A stretch of 64,000 nt of DNA from an uncultured Clostridia bacterium (GCA_934162655.1 CAKPJL010000001.1:15417-79416), one strand, 5' to 3'; shown: positions 47,411 to 57,730, counted from the stretch's first letter. Translations and numbers: made by a program. The notes: generated by a model not told the origin, from the letters alone.

Positions 47411-49036
47411 TTATAAACTATTTTCATTATTTATACTATTAATAGTATTTTCTATGTCCTTATTAGAACTTTTTATTGCTTTATCTGGATAACCAAAGAA
47501 ATATCCTTGAATGTATCTAAGTCCAATATTTTTAAGAGTTATCAAAGTTTCTCTATCCTCAACTCCAACAGCAATGACATCTATATCATTTGCCATACAG
47601 GTATTTACTACATTAATTAAATATCTTTGTTTTTGACTATCAACACTTATATTATTTAAAAACTCAACATCAAATTTAACAAAATTAGGTTTTAGCATTA
47701 CAAGTTTATCAAGTGATATATTTCCAACGCCATAATTATCAAGTGAAACATAACCACCATGTTGTTTTATTGTCTTTATAGTTATTTCTAAATCACTAGC
47801 ATTACTATAATTTTTGAATTCAATAACTATTCTATTTTTAGACATCATGTCATATATTCTAGGTTTGTTTATATATTTATTATAACTTTCAAAATCAATA
47901 TTTACAAATACGGTTTTTGATTCTTTATTTTCTACATTTTCAAACTCCGTTATATTATTTATCATAAGCACTTGTTGGATTTTATCAAATTTTCCAACCT
48001 TTTTTGAATAATTAAGTAAATCTAATATAGCAATACTCTTAGGATGTTCTATTTTTGAATAAGTCTCATATGCTGCTACCTTTTTATCTTTTATATCAAC
48101 CATTGGTTGATAATATACATTAATATTTTTTCTATTTATCGTATCAATTAATATCTCTTCATATTCAGAGTTTGTTATATCTGCTGCTGCATTAAATGAC
48201 CCTCTAACATTTTCTAAATTACCTTCTACTGATTCACCTATAACAGTATTTGTAGAAATAGAATTATCAAAAGAAAAATAACTTCCTATAAATTCCATAT
48301 ATTTTTGTTTTACTTGAAGATATACCTCATAGACTTCATCTGATTTAGCTTTTGCATCAGCCTCTTTGACTTCAAGTAGTAAATTAAAATTTCTTTTATT
48401 ATTTCCAAGTTCACTTGCTAAAAATTTCATATTGTCATATGTAATCTCGCCTTGATTTATATACTTATCATGATATTTTATTAATTTTAAAATTATTTCT
48501 TTTTCCTCTCCTGTAAATTTAAATCTTTCAAGTATTCCTTTAGAAATTTGTTCTGACACATCTTCATGCCCTAAAAAGCTATCATTACCATTTTCATTTG
48601 TTGTCTTTACAGCTGGTTTTCCTATATCATGTAATAACATTGTCCACTTTAGTATCTTTATTTCATAATCACTATAAGGAATTCCTCTATTTTTTCCAAC
48701 ACTTTTTACTGCTTCTAGAGTATGTCTAAAAACACCGTATTTATGGTACTTAGAATTTTGTTGACAATTAATCACATTTTCTCCATTTTCATTATATACA
48801 TAAAATTCAGGAAAATTATTATAAAAATTTATACTTTGACTCACTTTTGTCATTATTTTTACAACATTTTCTTCTTTCAATATGTTAGTATATATTTGTG
48901 TTAATTTCTCCATATCATCTTTATACATGCCAAGTTCTGATATAATTTTATTTATTCTAGCCTTTTCTTTTGTATCCATTATATCTGCATCAATTTTCTC
49001 TATATCAAAATCCCATATTCCTTCAAAACTTTCCAT
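47411..49036 (-). CDS. HD-domain protein fused to a degenerate EAL domain
   Basis: N-terminal half has HKYGVFRHTLEAV...LLHDIGKP...FLGHEDVS...IKYHDKY (HD). C-terminal half has YYQPMVD...AYETYSKI, VSLDNYGVGN, VKFDVEF and AVGVEDRET...IQGYFFGYP (EAL fold with substituted catalytic residues). Confidence 0.65.
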   Translation of the reverse strand: MESFEGIWDFDIEKIDADIMDTKEKARINKIISELGMYKDDMEKLTQIYTNILKEENVVKIMTKVSQSINFYNNFPEFYVYNENGENVINCQQNSKYHKYGVFRHTLEAVKSVGKNRGIPYSDYEIKILKWTMLLHDIGKPAVKTTNENGNDSFLGHEDVSEQISKGILERFKFTGEEKEIILKLIKYHDKYINQGEITYDNMKFLASELGNNKRNFNLLLEVKEADAKAKSDEVYEVYLQVKQKYMEFIGSYFSFDNSISTNTVIGESVEGNLENVRGSFNAAADITNSEYEEILIDTINRKNINVYYQPMVDIKDKKVAAYETYSKIEHPKSIAILDLLNYSKKVGKFDKIQQVLMINNITEFENVENKESKTVFVNIDFESYNKYINKPRIYDMMSKNRIVIEFKNYSNASDLEITIKTIKQHGGYVSLDNYGVGNISLDKLVMLKPNFVKFDVEFLNNISVDSQKQRYLINVVNTCMANDIDVIAVGVEDRETLITLKNIGLRYIQGYFFGYPDKAIKSSNKDIENTINSINNENSL

Positions 49037-49145
49037 AAAATCACTCCATTACATTAAATGATACTACATAATTTTAAAAAAATCAATATAAGAATTCAAA
49101 TGAAGAAAAAAACTGCCCTAATTTTAGAGCAGTTTACATTTTTAA

Positions 49146-50513
49146 TTAGATATTTATATACATTTTTTTTACCTTTCCCTTCTCATCTCTTAAATGTTTT
49201 GGCCAAATTCCTCTTTGAATAAAATCAAGATGTGCTAAAAATTTGTTTCTATCCTTTCTTTTCTTAATCTTTTCTCTTTGTTCTGGAGTTATATAATATA
49301 GCACCGATGTTCCTATTCTTCTATCTTGTAAATTAAACTCTTCACTTCCCAAATAACATTTAATCTTAGAATCCTTTCTAAATTCTTTTATAAAATACCT
49401 TAACTTCTCAGTATCTATGTGTATAGTTAATGGTAAATTATATCCAGGTATATCAAAAGATAATACCATTAAGTTATTATTAGATTTAGTATTTGGAATG
49501 TACACTCCAAAATTTTTTATAAGAGATGTATCCATGGCGAGATTTAATGCACCAAAAGTAGCTAAGCTTTTTGATATATAGCAAACATCAATTAATAATT
49601 TAAGTTGACCAATACACGGATATTCAAAATCATCTCCGCTATCAATTTTATGTATCATATTGATATATTTGCTTTTATTATTATCCATATTATCTTTATA
49701 CCAATACCTAACGACATCTGATTGAACTTCTCCTCTGGTAATTCCTATTAATATTGGAATATTTTCCGATAATATTAAAATTATTTGGACAAGAGACTCA
49801 AGAAATTTACTAAGCTTATTTACCCAAAAAAGCATTAAACTAGTCAAAATTTGGAGATTTTGTAATTCTAACCACTTTCTAGAATAGTTATCATGTAATG
49901 TTACAGGAATAAAAGAACTATTTTTTTGATTATTATTATTATTTTTTGAAGTATTTTCTAGCTTTATTTTTAAAAAGCTAAGGCTTATTTTATCAAGTTT
50001 TCTATTAGACCTTTCTAATAATTCATCCATTACTCCAATATTTTCAAGTAATTCACATATTGAAATAATTGTATCTATAAGTGAGTTTCTAAGAACTCTT
50101 GCAAAATCTTTTTCAAACCTTTCTTCATTTCCAACCAAGTTTTGAAATTCCTTTTTGCCTACCACCTCTTCAAGTTCCTCTACCATATCTTTTGAAAACA
50201 ATATTTCATTTAATGCAGGAGCTACACTCTTTTTTTCAATTAAAATCCAAGCATTAAGTTTTGACATGAATTTATTAAGATCATCTTTTAAATTTTCTTT
50301 TTTGTTTAAATGTTTATTTTTTAGCATGTGTGAAATAAAATAATAAAAAGAGGAAAAATATATCATGCTTTTTATTTTATTCATTGTTTTTTCAATTTCA
50401 CCATATATCCGGCCACAAAGAAATTCTAGTTTATCTTCAATATTGTTTCCTATTGTAAATCTAGTAAGATATTTTAGCACATTTTCAAAATACTGAATAC
50501 TATCAAGTTTCAA
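49146..50513 (-). CDS. Hypothetical protein (455 aa), no recognisable family
   Basis: Long ORF, largely helical N-terminal half, basic C-terminal tail EQREKIKKRKDRNKF. Hairpin terminator downstream at about 49100-49135. Confidence 0.5.
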   Translation of the reverse strand: MKLDSIQYFENVLKYLTRFTIGNNIEDKLEFLCGRIYGEIEKTMNKIKSMIYFSSFYYFISHMLKNKHLNKKENLKDDLNKFMSKLNAWILIEKKSVAPALNEILFSKDMVEELEEVVGKKEFQNLVGNEERFEKDFARVLRNSLIDTIISICELLENIGVMDELLERSNRKLDKISLSFLKIKLENTSKNNNNNQKNSSFIPVTLHDNYSRKWLELQNLQILTSLMLFWVNKLSKFLESLVQIILILSENIPILIGITRGEVQSDVVRYWYKDNMDNNKSKYINMIHKIDSGDDFEYPCIGQLKLLIDVCYISKSLATFGALNLAMDTSLIKNFGVYIPNTKSNNNLMVLSFDIPGYNLPLTIHIDTEKLRYFIKEFRKDSKIKCYLGSEEFNLQDRRIGTSVLYYITPEQREKIKKRKDRNKFLAHLDFIQRGIWPKHLRDEKGKVKKMYINI

Positions 50514-50690
50514 CTTAAATTACCTCCCAAAAGTAAATTTAACTAAATAATTATTTAGCCATAAAATTTTTTAATATAAAGATTGTATCACATTATGTTA
50601 ACTTTTTCAATAGAAATATTTTTTTCTATTTTATTTAATTAATAAATTACTATTAATTTTCCAGTATTTTGCTTTTTTTTGAATTAGTTG

Positions 50691-50719
50691 TTGACTTTAC
50701 ACAAAAAAAATTGTATAAT
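50691..50719 (+). promoter_or_regulatory. Consensus sigma-A promoter of rplM-rpsI
   Basis: TTGACT, a 17-nt spacer ending in TG, then TATAAT. Leaves a leader of roughly 75 nt before rplM. Confidence 0.65.
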
Positions 50720-50799
50720 ATTTTAGTATTAGTTATAGTTATTTAATCTGAACCCGGAAATTGGATTATTTGCTATATTTTTTAGGAGGAATTCAAATT

Positions 50800-51234
50800 A
50801 TGAATAATACAACACATAGCGTAAAACAAAGCGAAATAGAAAAAAAATGGTATGTGTTAGATGCTAATGGTAAAGCTCTTGGTAGAGTTGCAACTGAAGC
50901 TGCTAGACTTTTAAAAGGTAAACACAAACCAACTTATACTCCAAATTTAGATTGTGGAGATAATGTTATAGTTATAAACTCAGATAAAATTGTTTTAACT
51001 GGTAACAAATTAAATGATAAAGTTTATAGACATCACTCTGGATATCCAGGTGGTATGAAAGAAACTTCATACAAAGATATCATGGCAAATACTTCTGATA
51101 AAGCTGTACTTCTTGCAGTTAAAGGAATGTTACCAAAAAATTCACTTGGAAGAGATATGCTTACTCATATAAGAGTATTTAAAGGTAATGAGCATAGTCA
51201 TGAAGCTCAAAAACCAGAAATATGGGAATTCTAG
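50800..51234 (+). CDS. rplM: 50S ribosomal protein L13
   Basis: KKWYVLDANGKALGRVATEAARLLKGKHKPTYTP. Start moved to ATG 50800 after AGGAGGA. Confidence 0.96.
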   Translation: MNNTTHSVKQSEIEKKWYVLDANGKALGRVATEAARLLKGKHKPTYTPNLDCGDNVIVINSDKIVLTGNKLNDKVYRHHSGYPGGMKETSYKDIMANTSDKAVLLAVKGMLPKNSLGRDMLTHIRVFKGNEHSHEAQKPEIWEF

Positions 51235-51246
51235 GAGGAATAAATT

Positions 51247-51642
51247 ATGGCAAATAAAGAATATATTAAAGCTACTGGAAAAAGAAAATCTTCTATTGCA
51301 AGAGTAAACATTATTCCAGGAACTGGTAAAATTACAATTAATAAAAAAGATATAGATGAAGTTTATACACTTGACACATTAAAAGCTATTGTATTAAAAC
51401 CTTTTACAGTTGCTAATATGATGGAAAAGTACGATGTAATAGCTGATGTTCATGGTGGCGGATTTGCAGGTCAAGCCGGTGCAGTAGCACACGGTATAGC
51501 CAAAGCTCTTGCTACAACAGATCCAGAAGTTAGACTTTCTCTAAAAAGAAATGGATTACTTACAAGAGATTCAAGAGTTAAAGAAAGAAGAAAATACGGT
51601 CTTAAAAAAGCAAGAAAAGCACCACAATTTTCAAAAAGATAG
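51247..51642 (+). CDS. rpsI: 30S ribosomal protein S9
   Basis: GTGKRKSSIARV...GGGFAGQAGAVAHGIAKAL...TRDSRVKERRKYGLKKARKAPQFSKR. Confidence 0.97.
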   Translation: MANKEYIKATGKRKSSIARVNIIPGTGKITINKKDIDEVYTLDTLKAIVLKPFTVANMMEKYDVIADVHGGGFAGQAGAVAHGIAKALATTDPEVRLSLKRNGLLTRDSRVKERRKYGLKKARKAPQFSKR

Positions 51643-51646
51643 TTTT

Positions 51647-51682
51647 AAAAAATCTTACAATATTATTATTGTAAGATTTTTT
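51647..51682. terminator. Bidirectional hairpin terminator
   Basis: atcttacaa/ttgtaagat stem flanked by A-run and T-run, between rpsI (+) and yunB (-). Confidence 0.7.
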
Positions 51683-51695
51683 ATTTATAATTTTA

Positions 51696-52391
51696 TTAGT
51701 CTCCAATAAAGTTTAAGCAGTCATTAGAAGTTATTCCCTCAACTCCAACAATGTTATAATATGAAGAAGGCACTTCACCTACTATTACACTTTCTGCTAT
51801 TGTAATTTCATCACTATACTCATTTGTCTTAGAAAAAAATGGTGCTATAATTCTAACATTAGTCTTAACTTTTATAGATATTTTATGCCTTGTTTGATTA
51901 ATCCCAGTAGATTCAAACTCAGAATTAAAATCAACGCTAACATTTCCAGTAGGAACAACTTTTACTGAAATTTTTGGACCATATCCACTTATCAAACTAT
52001 CGCCAAAAATACTTGCAATAGGAAATTTTATAATAGTATCGTTAATTTGGTTTAACTTATCTTGTACTCCAAGTGCTACATCGCTTGCTATTTTGTTAAG
52101 TTCCATAACATTAGCGTTAATTGCCGTAACCTTTCCATTGGAATCCTGTTTTATTTTTACTAATTCTTCATAAGTTACATTTGAAACTTTATCATTTATA
52201 ACACTGCTTGTAGTTTTTAATGCTATTGATTTTGCAGCACTATCACATAAAGCTATAACTTTTGGTTCCAAATTATTATTTATTACATACACTATAAGTG
52301 ATATGAAAAGTATCAATATTATAGTAAATATTACTTTTTTTTTCAGATTTTTATCTTTTTTCAAATATAATTTATAATATTTTAATCTCAT
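51696..52391 (-). CDS. yunB: Sporulation protein YunB
   Basis: N-terminal TM. C-terminal GINQTRHKISIKVKTNVRIIAPFFSK...VGEVPSSYYN parallels B. subtilis YunB (…GEVPQFYN) from recall. Confidence 0.75.
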   Translation of the reverse strand: MRLKYYKLYLKKDKNLKKKVIFTIILILFISLIVYVINNNLEPKVIALCDSAAKSIALKTTSSVINDKVSNVTYEELVKIKQDSNGKVTAINANVMELNKIASDVALGVQDKLNQINDTIIKFPIASIFGDSLISGYGPKISVKVVPTGNVSVDFNSEFESTGINQTRHKISIKVKTNVRIIAPFFSKTNEYSDEITIAESVIVGEVPSSYYNIVGVEGITSNDCLNFIGD

Positions 52392-52392
52392 A

Positions 52393-53928
52393 TTACCTTA
52401 TTATAAGTATTTTTTGTCCAACATTTAAGCTATTATCTCTTACCTCCTCATTAATCTTTTCTAAATTTTCAACGCTAGTTTTATATTTTTTTGCTATATT
52501 CCATAAATTATCATTTTCTTTTACTATATATATATTCATGCTATCAAGATTAGTCGTATCTATCTTTTTTGTTGTAAGGTTATCTATGACTTTAACTTTT
52601 CCTTCAAGTCTACTATTTATATCTAAATTTAAAACTAGATTAACATCTAGAGTGCTATCATTTTGCAATATCTTACAATCTTTTAAATTAATGCTAATTT
52701 CATTATTTCTATTTAAATCTATATCATCTTTTCTAAATTCTTTATCTACAAGCAATTCTACATTTTTATTTTCTATATCTTTTGTCTCACTGTTTTGCAT
52801 TAAAATATCTATTTTTGCATTTCCATTTAATTTTATTCCATTAGAAATTGATGTAGTTGCATTAACATTACTAAGGTCAACTCTATAATCTATTACTTGC
52901 ATATTATCTGCAATTTTCCCAATGTTTTCTTTTACTTCTACCTCATAGCTAAGTCTATTAATGTCTTTTACTACCTCATATTCTTTTTCATCGTATTCTA
53001 GTTCTTCATATTGACTATAAAAATCATCTACATATGATACTTCTTCCTCTTCATACTCTGTAACATCTGCACCTATCCTATATTCAACGCTAATTGCCTT
53101 AGTGCTTGTTATATCTTTATTAACAGATACTTCTAAATCTTCTAACATATAATCTATATCAAATTTTGATTTATCAGATATATTATCAAATTCTATCATT
53201 CCAGTAAACGGTACTTCAAGATTTGTACTTCTTAGTCCCTCACCACTATTCTCGGATAAGTACATTATTTTAAGTAAAATATCTCCCTTTACCATTATTT
53301 TATTAAAACTTTCCTTTATTTCTGTGCCACCTATTGCTGAATCTACCCTTAAAATTTCTAATAAATCTTCAGCCTCTTTTGGAAGTAACAAATCTTCTTT
53401 AGAAGCTATTATACTTCTTTTATTATTGATTATGTTTGAAAAAATATCACTCTTAATTTGTTTTTCTATATCCTTTTCAGATTTGAAGTTATTTATCAAT
53501 TTAATTTTAGTATAATCTCTTATGCATATATCAAATATTATTTCAGACTTTATTGCAATTTTTCTTTCATTTGGAAGTGATGTTATTACATTATTTATAA
53601 TAGGTTTTACAAGTACATTAGTTTTGGCTTCCACACCATCAACATTTAGTGTTTCTGTAAATGGATAAGTTGCGAAAATTCCTCTTGCACTATATTTTTC
53701 ATCCCCTACTTTATAAATTATGAAATAATTAATTTTACCGCTAACTTTTATTTTTGAATTACTTACCTCAGTATTTAGTATATATGGTGTAGCCTGTGTT
53801 GATATAATTTGCATTACATCTGGCTTGGTATCTGGCACTAGTATATCTTGTTCAACCCAAACATTCACCTTTCTTTTTACTCCATTTTTACATAACATTA
53901 GTTCCTTATCTTGTATATTTACTGGCAT
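52393..53928 (-). CDS. sipL: DUF3794-repeat protein with C-terminal LysM (SipL-like spore coat morphogenetic protein)
   Basis: N-terminal VEQDILVPDTKPDVMQI (DUF3794-type). C-terminal LysM YIVKENDNLWNIAKKYKTSVENLEKIN...GQKILI. Architecture matches clostridial SipL. Confidence 0.6.
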   Translation of the reverse strand: MPVNIQDKELMLCKNGVKRKVNVWVEQDILVPDTKPDVMQIISTQATPYILNTEVSNSKIKVSGKINYFIIYKVGDEKYSARGIFATYPFTETLNVDGVEAKTNVLVKPIINNVITSLPNERKIAIKSEIIFDICIRDYTKIKLINNFKSEKDIEKQIKSDIFSNIINNKRSIIASKEDLLLPKEAEDLLEILRVDSAIGGTEIKESFNKIMVKGDILLKIMYLSENSGEGLRSTNLEVPFTGMIEFDNISDKSKFDIDYMLEDLEVSVNKDITSTKAISVEYRIGADVTEYEEEEVSYVDDFYSQYEELEYDEKEYEVVKDINRLSYEVEVKENIGKIADNMQVIDYRVDLSNVNATTSISNGIKLNGNAKIDILMQNSETKDIENKNVELLVDKEFRKDDIDLNRNNEISINLKDCKILQNDSTLDVNLVLNLDINSRLEGKVKVIDNLTTKKIDTTNLDSMNIYIVKENDNLWNIAKKYKTSVENLEKINEEVRDNSLNVGQKILIIR

Positions 53929-54157
53929 ATCTTTTTCCCCCTTATATTTTCTTTATACAATATATGAGTAAAAAAAATATATATTCATATTTAGTAACTA
54001 TTTTATCTATATTTCATAATATATATTAGTTAGATGATTATTCATTTAACTAAGGCTAATTTTCATATTACCTATATACCTATTAAATTACTATATATAA
54101 TCTCCAAAAACGAAAAAAATTCCATCAGTAAATTTCTCTGATGGAATTTAATTTTTA

Positions 54158-55831
54158 TTATTTACCCTTAAAGTAAGCCTTTGTAGCACTTGATATGCTT
54201 GATCCCATTACAATCATGTAATCAGTGCAACCTACTGGTAATTGTACTGCAAATTTTCCATTTGCAATTGTTTTCTTACTGTATGACTCACTCATGTCAA
54301 CTGTTGATAAGAAGTATGTAACATCATTATATTTCAAACTTCCTCCGCCAATTCCTTTAATTGCTGAATCTACTCTTACGCTTCTTCCCATTGTATATTC
54401 ATATACATTAGTTAAATCTGCTTGATATTCAATAACTGCCCATTCCATATTAGTTTTTGGTTCTGTATATTTATATATAGAACTACCATTTTCACAATAT
54501 TCTTTTACTATTTTAGCAGCTTCTTCGCCTCTTGTAATATTTGTTAATTTTACTGGTACATCAACATATTCACTTTTACTGTATCTTGAAGCCATACCAT
54601 ACTCACCAAATTCAATTGGAGAGTCTTTGCTTGACTCTTTTGTAACTATATCAGATTTACTTTCTTCTTTTTCATCTGAGTTAACTACATTTTTATCAGA
54701 ATTTGAATTATTTATTTTTCCAATGTATTTAGTATTTTCTATCATATCAATTACTTCTTTATCAACATCTGATTGTTCTTCATAATCTTCTTCATAGAAA
54801 AATGTTTTATATAAATAAAATACATTTTTTGTTCCTACCTTATGTGCAACTACATAAATCTTTCCATATACATCTTCATCTTCTGACATAGCTTGTGTAT
54901 AGTCAACACTCATATAATAGTTAGAAGAATCTATTTTTATATATTTTTCTGTGCCCTTGCCTAATTTTAATTTATCAGAAGTAATTACTTTTACTGTCTC
55001 TTCATAAGCTTTTTCAGGAGAAGTGACCATATCGCTAGTTATACCACTTTCTTCGCTTGAAGAAGTTGGCAAGTTTATTTTAACCTTTTGATCATCAGAA
55101 AGAAGTGATGATTTATTTAGTGTCCATTTATCACCATCAAACTCTATCTCTAATTCTGATGTAGTATATTTTGAAGAATCTTCATAACTGTTATTTAGTT
55201 CTTGTTGAATTTTATTTGTAATATCTTTAATATCACTATTATCAAATTCTTCCCCAATTTTTGCTGCTGCAAAAAACATACCAATAACAGAAATTAAAAC
55301 TATTGTAGAAACTATCATTGAAATAACACTAAGACCTATACCTACTCCACCAAGTACAAACATTGGAGTAACTTTAGCATCTTTTGATACTTTTTTAATC
55401 TTCTTAGCTTTTACTATACTTATTATACCTAAAATAAGACCTGCTAATGAAACTAATGGTGCAAATACGATAGATAAAATACCTAAAACTATATTTGGTT
55501 TTGGTTCACTTGTCTGAACATTTTGTCTATTATTTGTATCATCTGATTTTTGCACATTATTATCAGCTATGCTAGGTTGTTGTACATTATTTGTGGTAGT
55601 ATCATCAATAACATTTTCTTGTGTAATTTCTTCTTTTTTAACATCCACATTCGAACTGTTAGTATTACTCTTATCACTAGTATTTTCAGTTGTAGAAGTT
55701 GGTGCTTCTACTGCGAATGGATTTTGTAATGTAGAACTTTTTTCTTCTTTTTTCTCTTCAAATTTTGTACCACAAGATGTACAAAACTTTGTTCCATCAG
55801 GATTTTCCTGACCACAATTTAAACATTTCAT
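54158..55831 (-). CDS. Zinc-ribbon / low-complexity / 2-TM membrane protein with large extracytoplasmic C-terminal domain
   Basis: MKCLNCGQENPDGTKFCTSCGTKF zinc ribbon, N/T/S-rich linker, and two TM helices (ILGILSIVFAPLVSLAGLILGIISIV, FVLGGVGIGLSVISMIVSTIVLISVIGMFF). Confidence 0.6.
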   Translation of the reverse strand: MKCLNCGQENPDGTKFCTSCGTKFEEKKEEKSSTLQNPFAVEAPTSTTENTSDKSNTNSSNVDVKKEEITQENVIDDTTTNNVQQPSIADNNVQKSDDTNNRQNVQTSEPKPNIVLGILSIVFAPLVSLAGLILGIISIVKAKKIKKVSKDAKVTPMFVLGGVGIGLSVISMIVSTIVLISVIGMFFAAAKIGEEFDNSDIKDITNKIQQELNNSYEDSSKYTTSELEIEFDGDKWTLNKSSLLSDDQKVKINLPTSSSEESGITSDMVTSPEKAYEETVKVITSDKLKLGKGTEKYIKIDSSNYYMSVDYTQAMSEDEDVYGKIYVVAHKVGTKNVFYLYKTFFYEEDYEEQSDVDKEVIDMIENTKYIGKINNSNSDKNVVNSDEKEESKSDIVTKESSKDSPIEFGEYGMASRYSKSEYVDVPVKLTNITRGEEAAKIVKEYCENGSSIYKYTEPKTNMEWAVIEYQADLTNVYEYTMGRSVRVDSAIKGIGGGSLKYNDVTYFLSTVDMSESYSKKTIANGKFAVQLPVGCTDYMIVMGSSISSATKAYFKGK

Positions 55832-55926
55832 AGTTTACACCTCGCATCTATTATATGACATTTAGTAATTAAATTCAACTTTTTTTATAATTTTTTTTAT
55901 AAATTTTTCTTATATTTTATTATTTC

Positions 55927-55954
55927 TTGACTTATTTCATATCTTTGGTATAAT
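55927..55954 (+). promoter_or_regulatory. Sigma-A promoter with extended -10 for ychF
   Basis: TTGACT, 16 nt ending in TGg, TATAAT. Confidence 0.6.
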
Positions 55955-55984
55955 ATTTATTGTGTTTCAAAAGGAGTGTTTAAC

Positions 55985-57079
55985 TTGAAAATAGGAATTG
56001 TAGGATTACCCAATGTGGGAAAATCAACTTTATTTAACGCTATAACAAAAGCCGGTGCAGAATGTGCAAACTACCCATTTTGTACAATAGAACCAAATGT
56101 AGGTATGGTATGTGTGCCAGATGAAAGAATAGATGTACTTTCTAAAATGTATGATACAGAAAAGACAACATATGCTACAATAGAATTTGTAGATATAGCA
56201 GGTCTTGTTAAGGGAGCTTCAAAAGGTGAAGGTCTTGGAAATAAGTTTTTATCTCATATACGTGAAACTGATGCAATAGCACATATTGTTAGGTGTTTTA
56301 ATGACGATAATATAGTACATGTTAGCGGGAAAGTAGATCCGATAGCAGACATTGAAACAATTAATTATGAACTAGTATTAGCAGATATCGAAGCAATAGC
56401 AAAAAAACAAGAAAGACTATCTAAATTATTAAAATCTGGAGATAAACTTGCAAAAGAACAAGCACCTATTATAGATAAAGTAAAATCACATTTGGAAATG
56501 GGTAAACCAGTGAGAACTCTTGAACTTACAGAAGACGAAAAAAATGCTATAAAAGATTGCTTCTTGCTTACTTCTAAGCCAGTTATATATGTTGCAAATG
56601 TTAGTGAATCAGAGCTTGAAAACATGGAAAATTTGGAGCTGGTACAAAAAGTAAAGCAATATGCGGCAAATGAAAATGCAAAAGTTATTACTCTTTCTGC
56701 CAAGGTAGAAGAAGAATTATCACAGCTTGATGATGAAGATAGAAATTTACTCATGGAAGAGTACAACATAGATAAATCTGGACTTGACAAGCTAATAGGG
56801 GCAAGTTATTCGCTTTTAGGACTTATATCTTATCTAACAGCCGGAAAACAAGAAGTTAGAGCTTGGACAATAAAAAATGGAACAAAAGCACCTCAAGCAG
56901 CAGGTAAAATCCATAGTGATTTTGAAAGAGGATTTATTAAAGCAGAGGTAGTATCTTATGATGACTTAATAAAGTATAAAACTATGAATGCCGTAAAAGA
57001 AAAAGGACTTTTAAGACTAGAGGGAAAAGAGTATGTAGTAAAAGATGGAGATATAATATTATTTAGGTTTAATGTGTAA
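55985..57079 (+). CDS. ychF: Ribosome-binding ATPase YchF
   Basis: (M)KIGIVGLPNVGKSTLFNA, DIAGLVKGAS, and the C-terminal TGS-like block. TTG 55985 lies 8 nt after AAGGAG. Confidence 0.93.
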   Translation: MKIGIVGLPNVGKSTLFNAITKAGAECANYPFCTIEPNVGMVCVPDERIDVLSKMYDTEKTTYATIEFVDIAGLVKGASKGEGLGNKFLSHIRETDAIAHIVRCFNDDNIVHVSGKVDPIADIETINYELVLADIEAIAKKQERLSKLLKSGDKLAKEQAPIIDKVKSHLEMGKPVRTLELTEDEKNAIKDCFLLTSKPVIYVANVSESELENMENLELVQKVKQYAANENAKVITLSAKVEEELSQLDDEDRNLLMEEYNIDKSGLDKLIGASYSLLGLISYLTAGKQEVRAWTIKNGTKAPQAAGKIHSDFERGFIKAEVVSYDDLIKYKTMNAVKEKGLLRLEGKEYVVKDGDIILFRFNV

Positions 57080-57133
57080 AAGTAGATAATTCTACTTTTT
57101 TTATTTTGTATATTAAAATTTATGTAAATTTCA

Positions 57134-57162
57134 TTGACTATTTTATTTGTATTTGATATAAT
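57134..57162 (+). promoter_or_regulatory. Consensus sigma-A promoter with extended -10
   Basis: TTGACT, 17 nt ending in TGa, TATAAT. Confidence 0.6.
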
Positions 57163-57204
57163 GTAATTACAGATTTTATTATATTTGAAAGGAATTTCTT
57201 TAAA

Positions 57205-57723
57205 ATGGACAACGAAATTAATGCATTAGTTGATAAGGAATTGGAGGTAATAAAAAAAATCGTATCTTATCACCTAAAAGGCCTTAAGTATCGAGTACCT
57301 AAGGGATTTTGGTACAAATCTTCTGCTTACAAAGCTGTTAGGTATGTAATTTTGGATGTTTTTAAGTATTCAAAAGATGATATAAAAAAAAGCTTCACAG
57401 TAACCAGCTTAGACCTACTTGGACTTCGATCAGTTAGAAGGTTTGGGGATATGTATGATTTACTTTCTAATGCTGTACCAGAATTTGAGCTACATCCTTG
57501 GGAATTTAAAAAATTACCAGACAAATTCTGGACAAATAATAATATAAAAGAGGCTATAATGTGGTTAATTTATGAAGTAGAAGACACTATTCCAATTAAT
57601 TTTAATCTAACACCTAAATTACTTTATGATAACGGACTAAGCAAAATATACTCAAAATGTCACCACAGCACGAGAGAAATAATGAATATAGTTTTTCCAG
57701 AAGAATACTTCGGTAAGATTTAA
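57205..57723 (+). CDS. Hypothetical protein (172 aa) with an internal P-x-x-FW repeat
   Basis: Monocistronic, with its own promoter and terminator. VPKGFWYKSSAYKAVRYVILDV and LPDKFWTNNNIKEAIMWLIYEV are two copies of one motif. Confidence 0.55.
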   Translation: MDNEINALVDKELEVIKKIVSYHLKGLKYRVPKGFWYKSSAYKAVRYVILDVFKYSKDDIKKSFTVTSLDLLGLRSVRRFGDMYDLLSNAVPEFELHPWEFKKLPDKFWTNNNIKEAIMWLIYEVEDTIPINFNLTPKLLYDNGLSKIYSKCHHSTREIMNIVFPEEYFGKI

Positions 57724-57730
57724 ATGACTA

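Noticed and set aside
50726-50799. L13 leader RNA (rplM autoregulatory leader)
   Set aside because: A 5' UTR of about 75 nt exists between the promoter and rplM, and Firmicutes are known to have such a leader. However, I could not fold a convincing conserved structure by eye, so it is not annotated as a feature.
56365-56790. 141-aa Ser-rich ORF antisense to ychF
   Set aside because: It is a shadow ORF of a highly conserved GTPase-like gene. The Ser-rich sequence arises from reading GAA/GAT-rich codons backwards.
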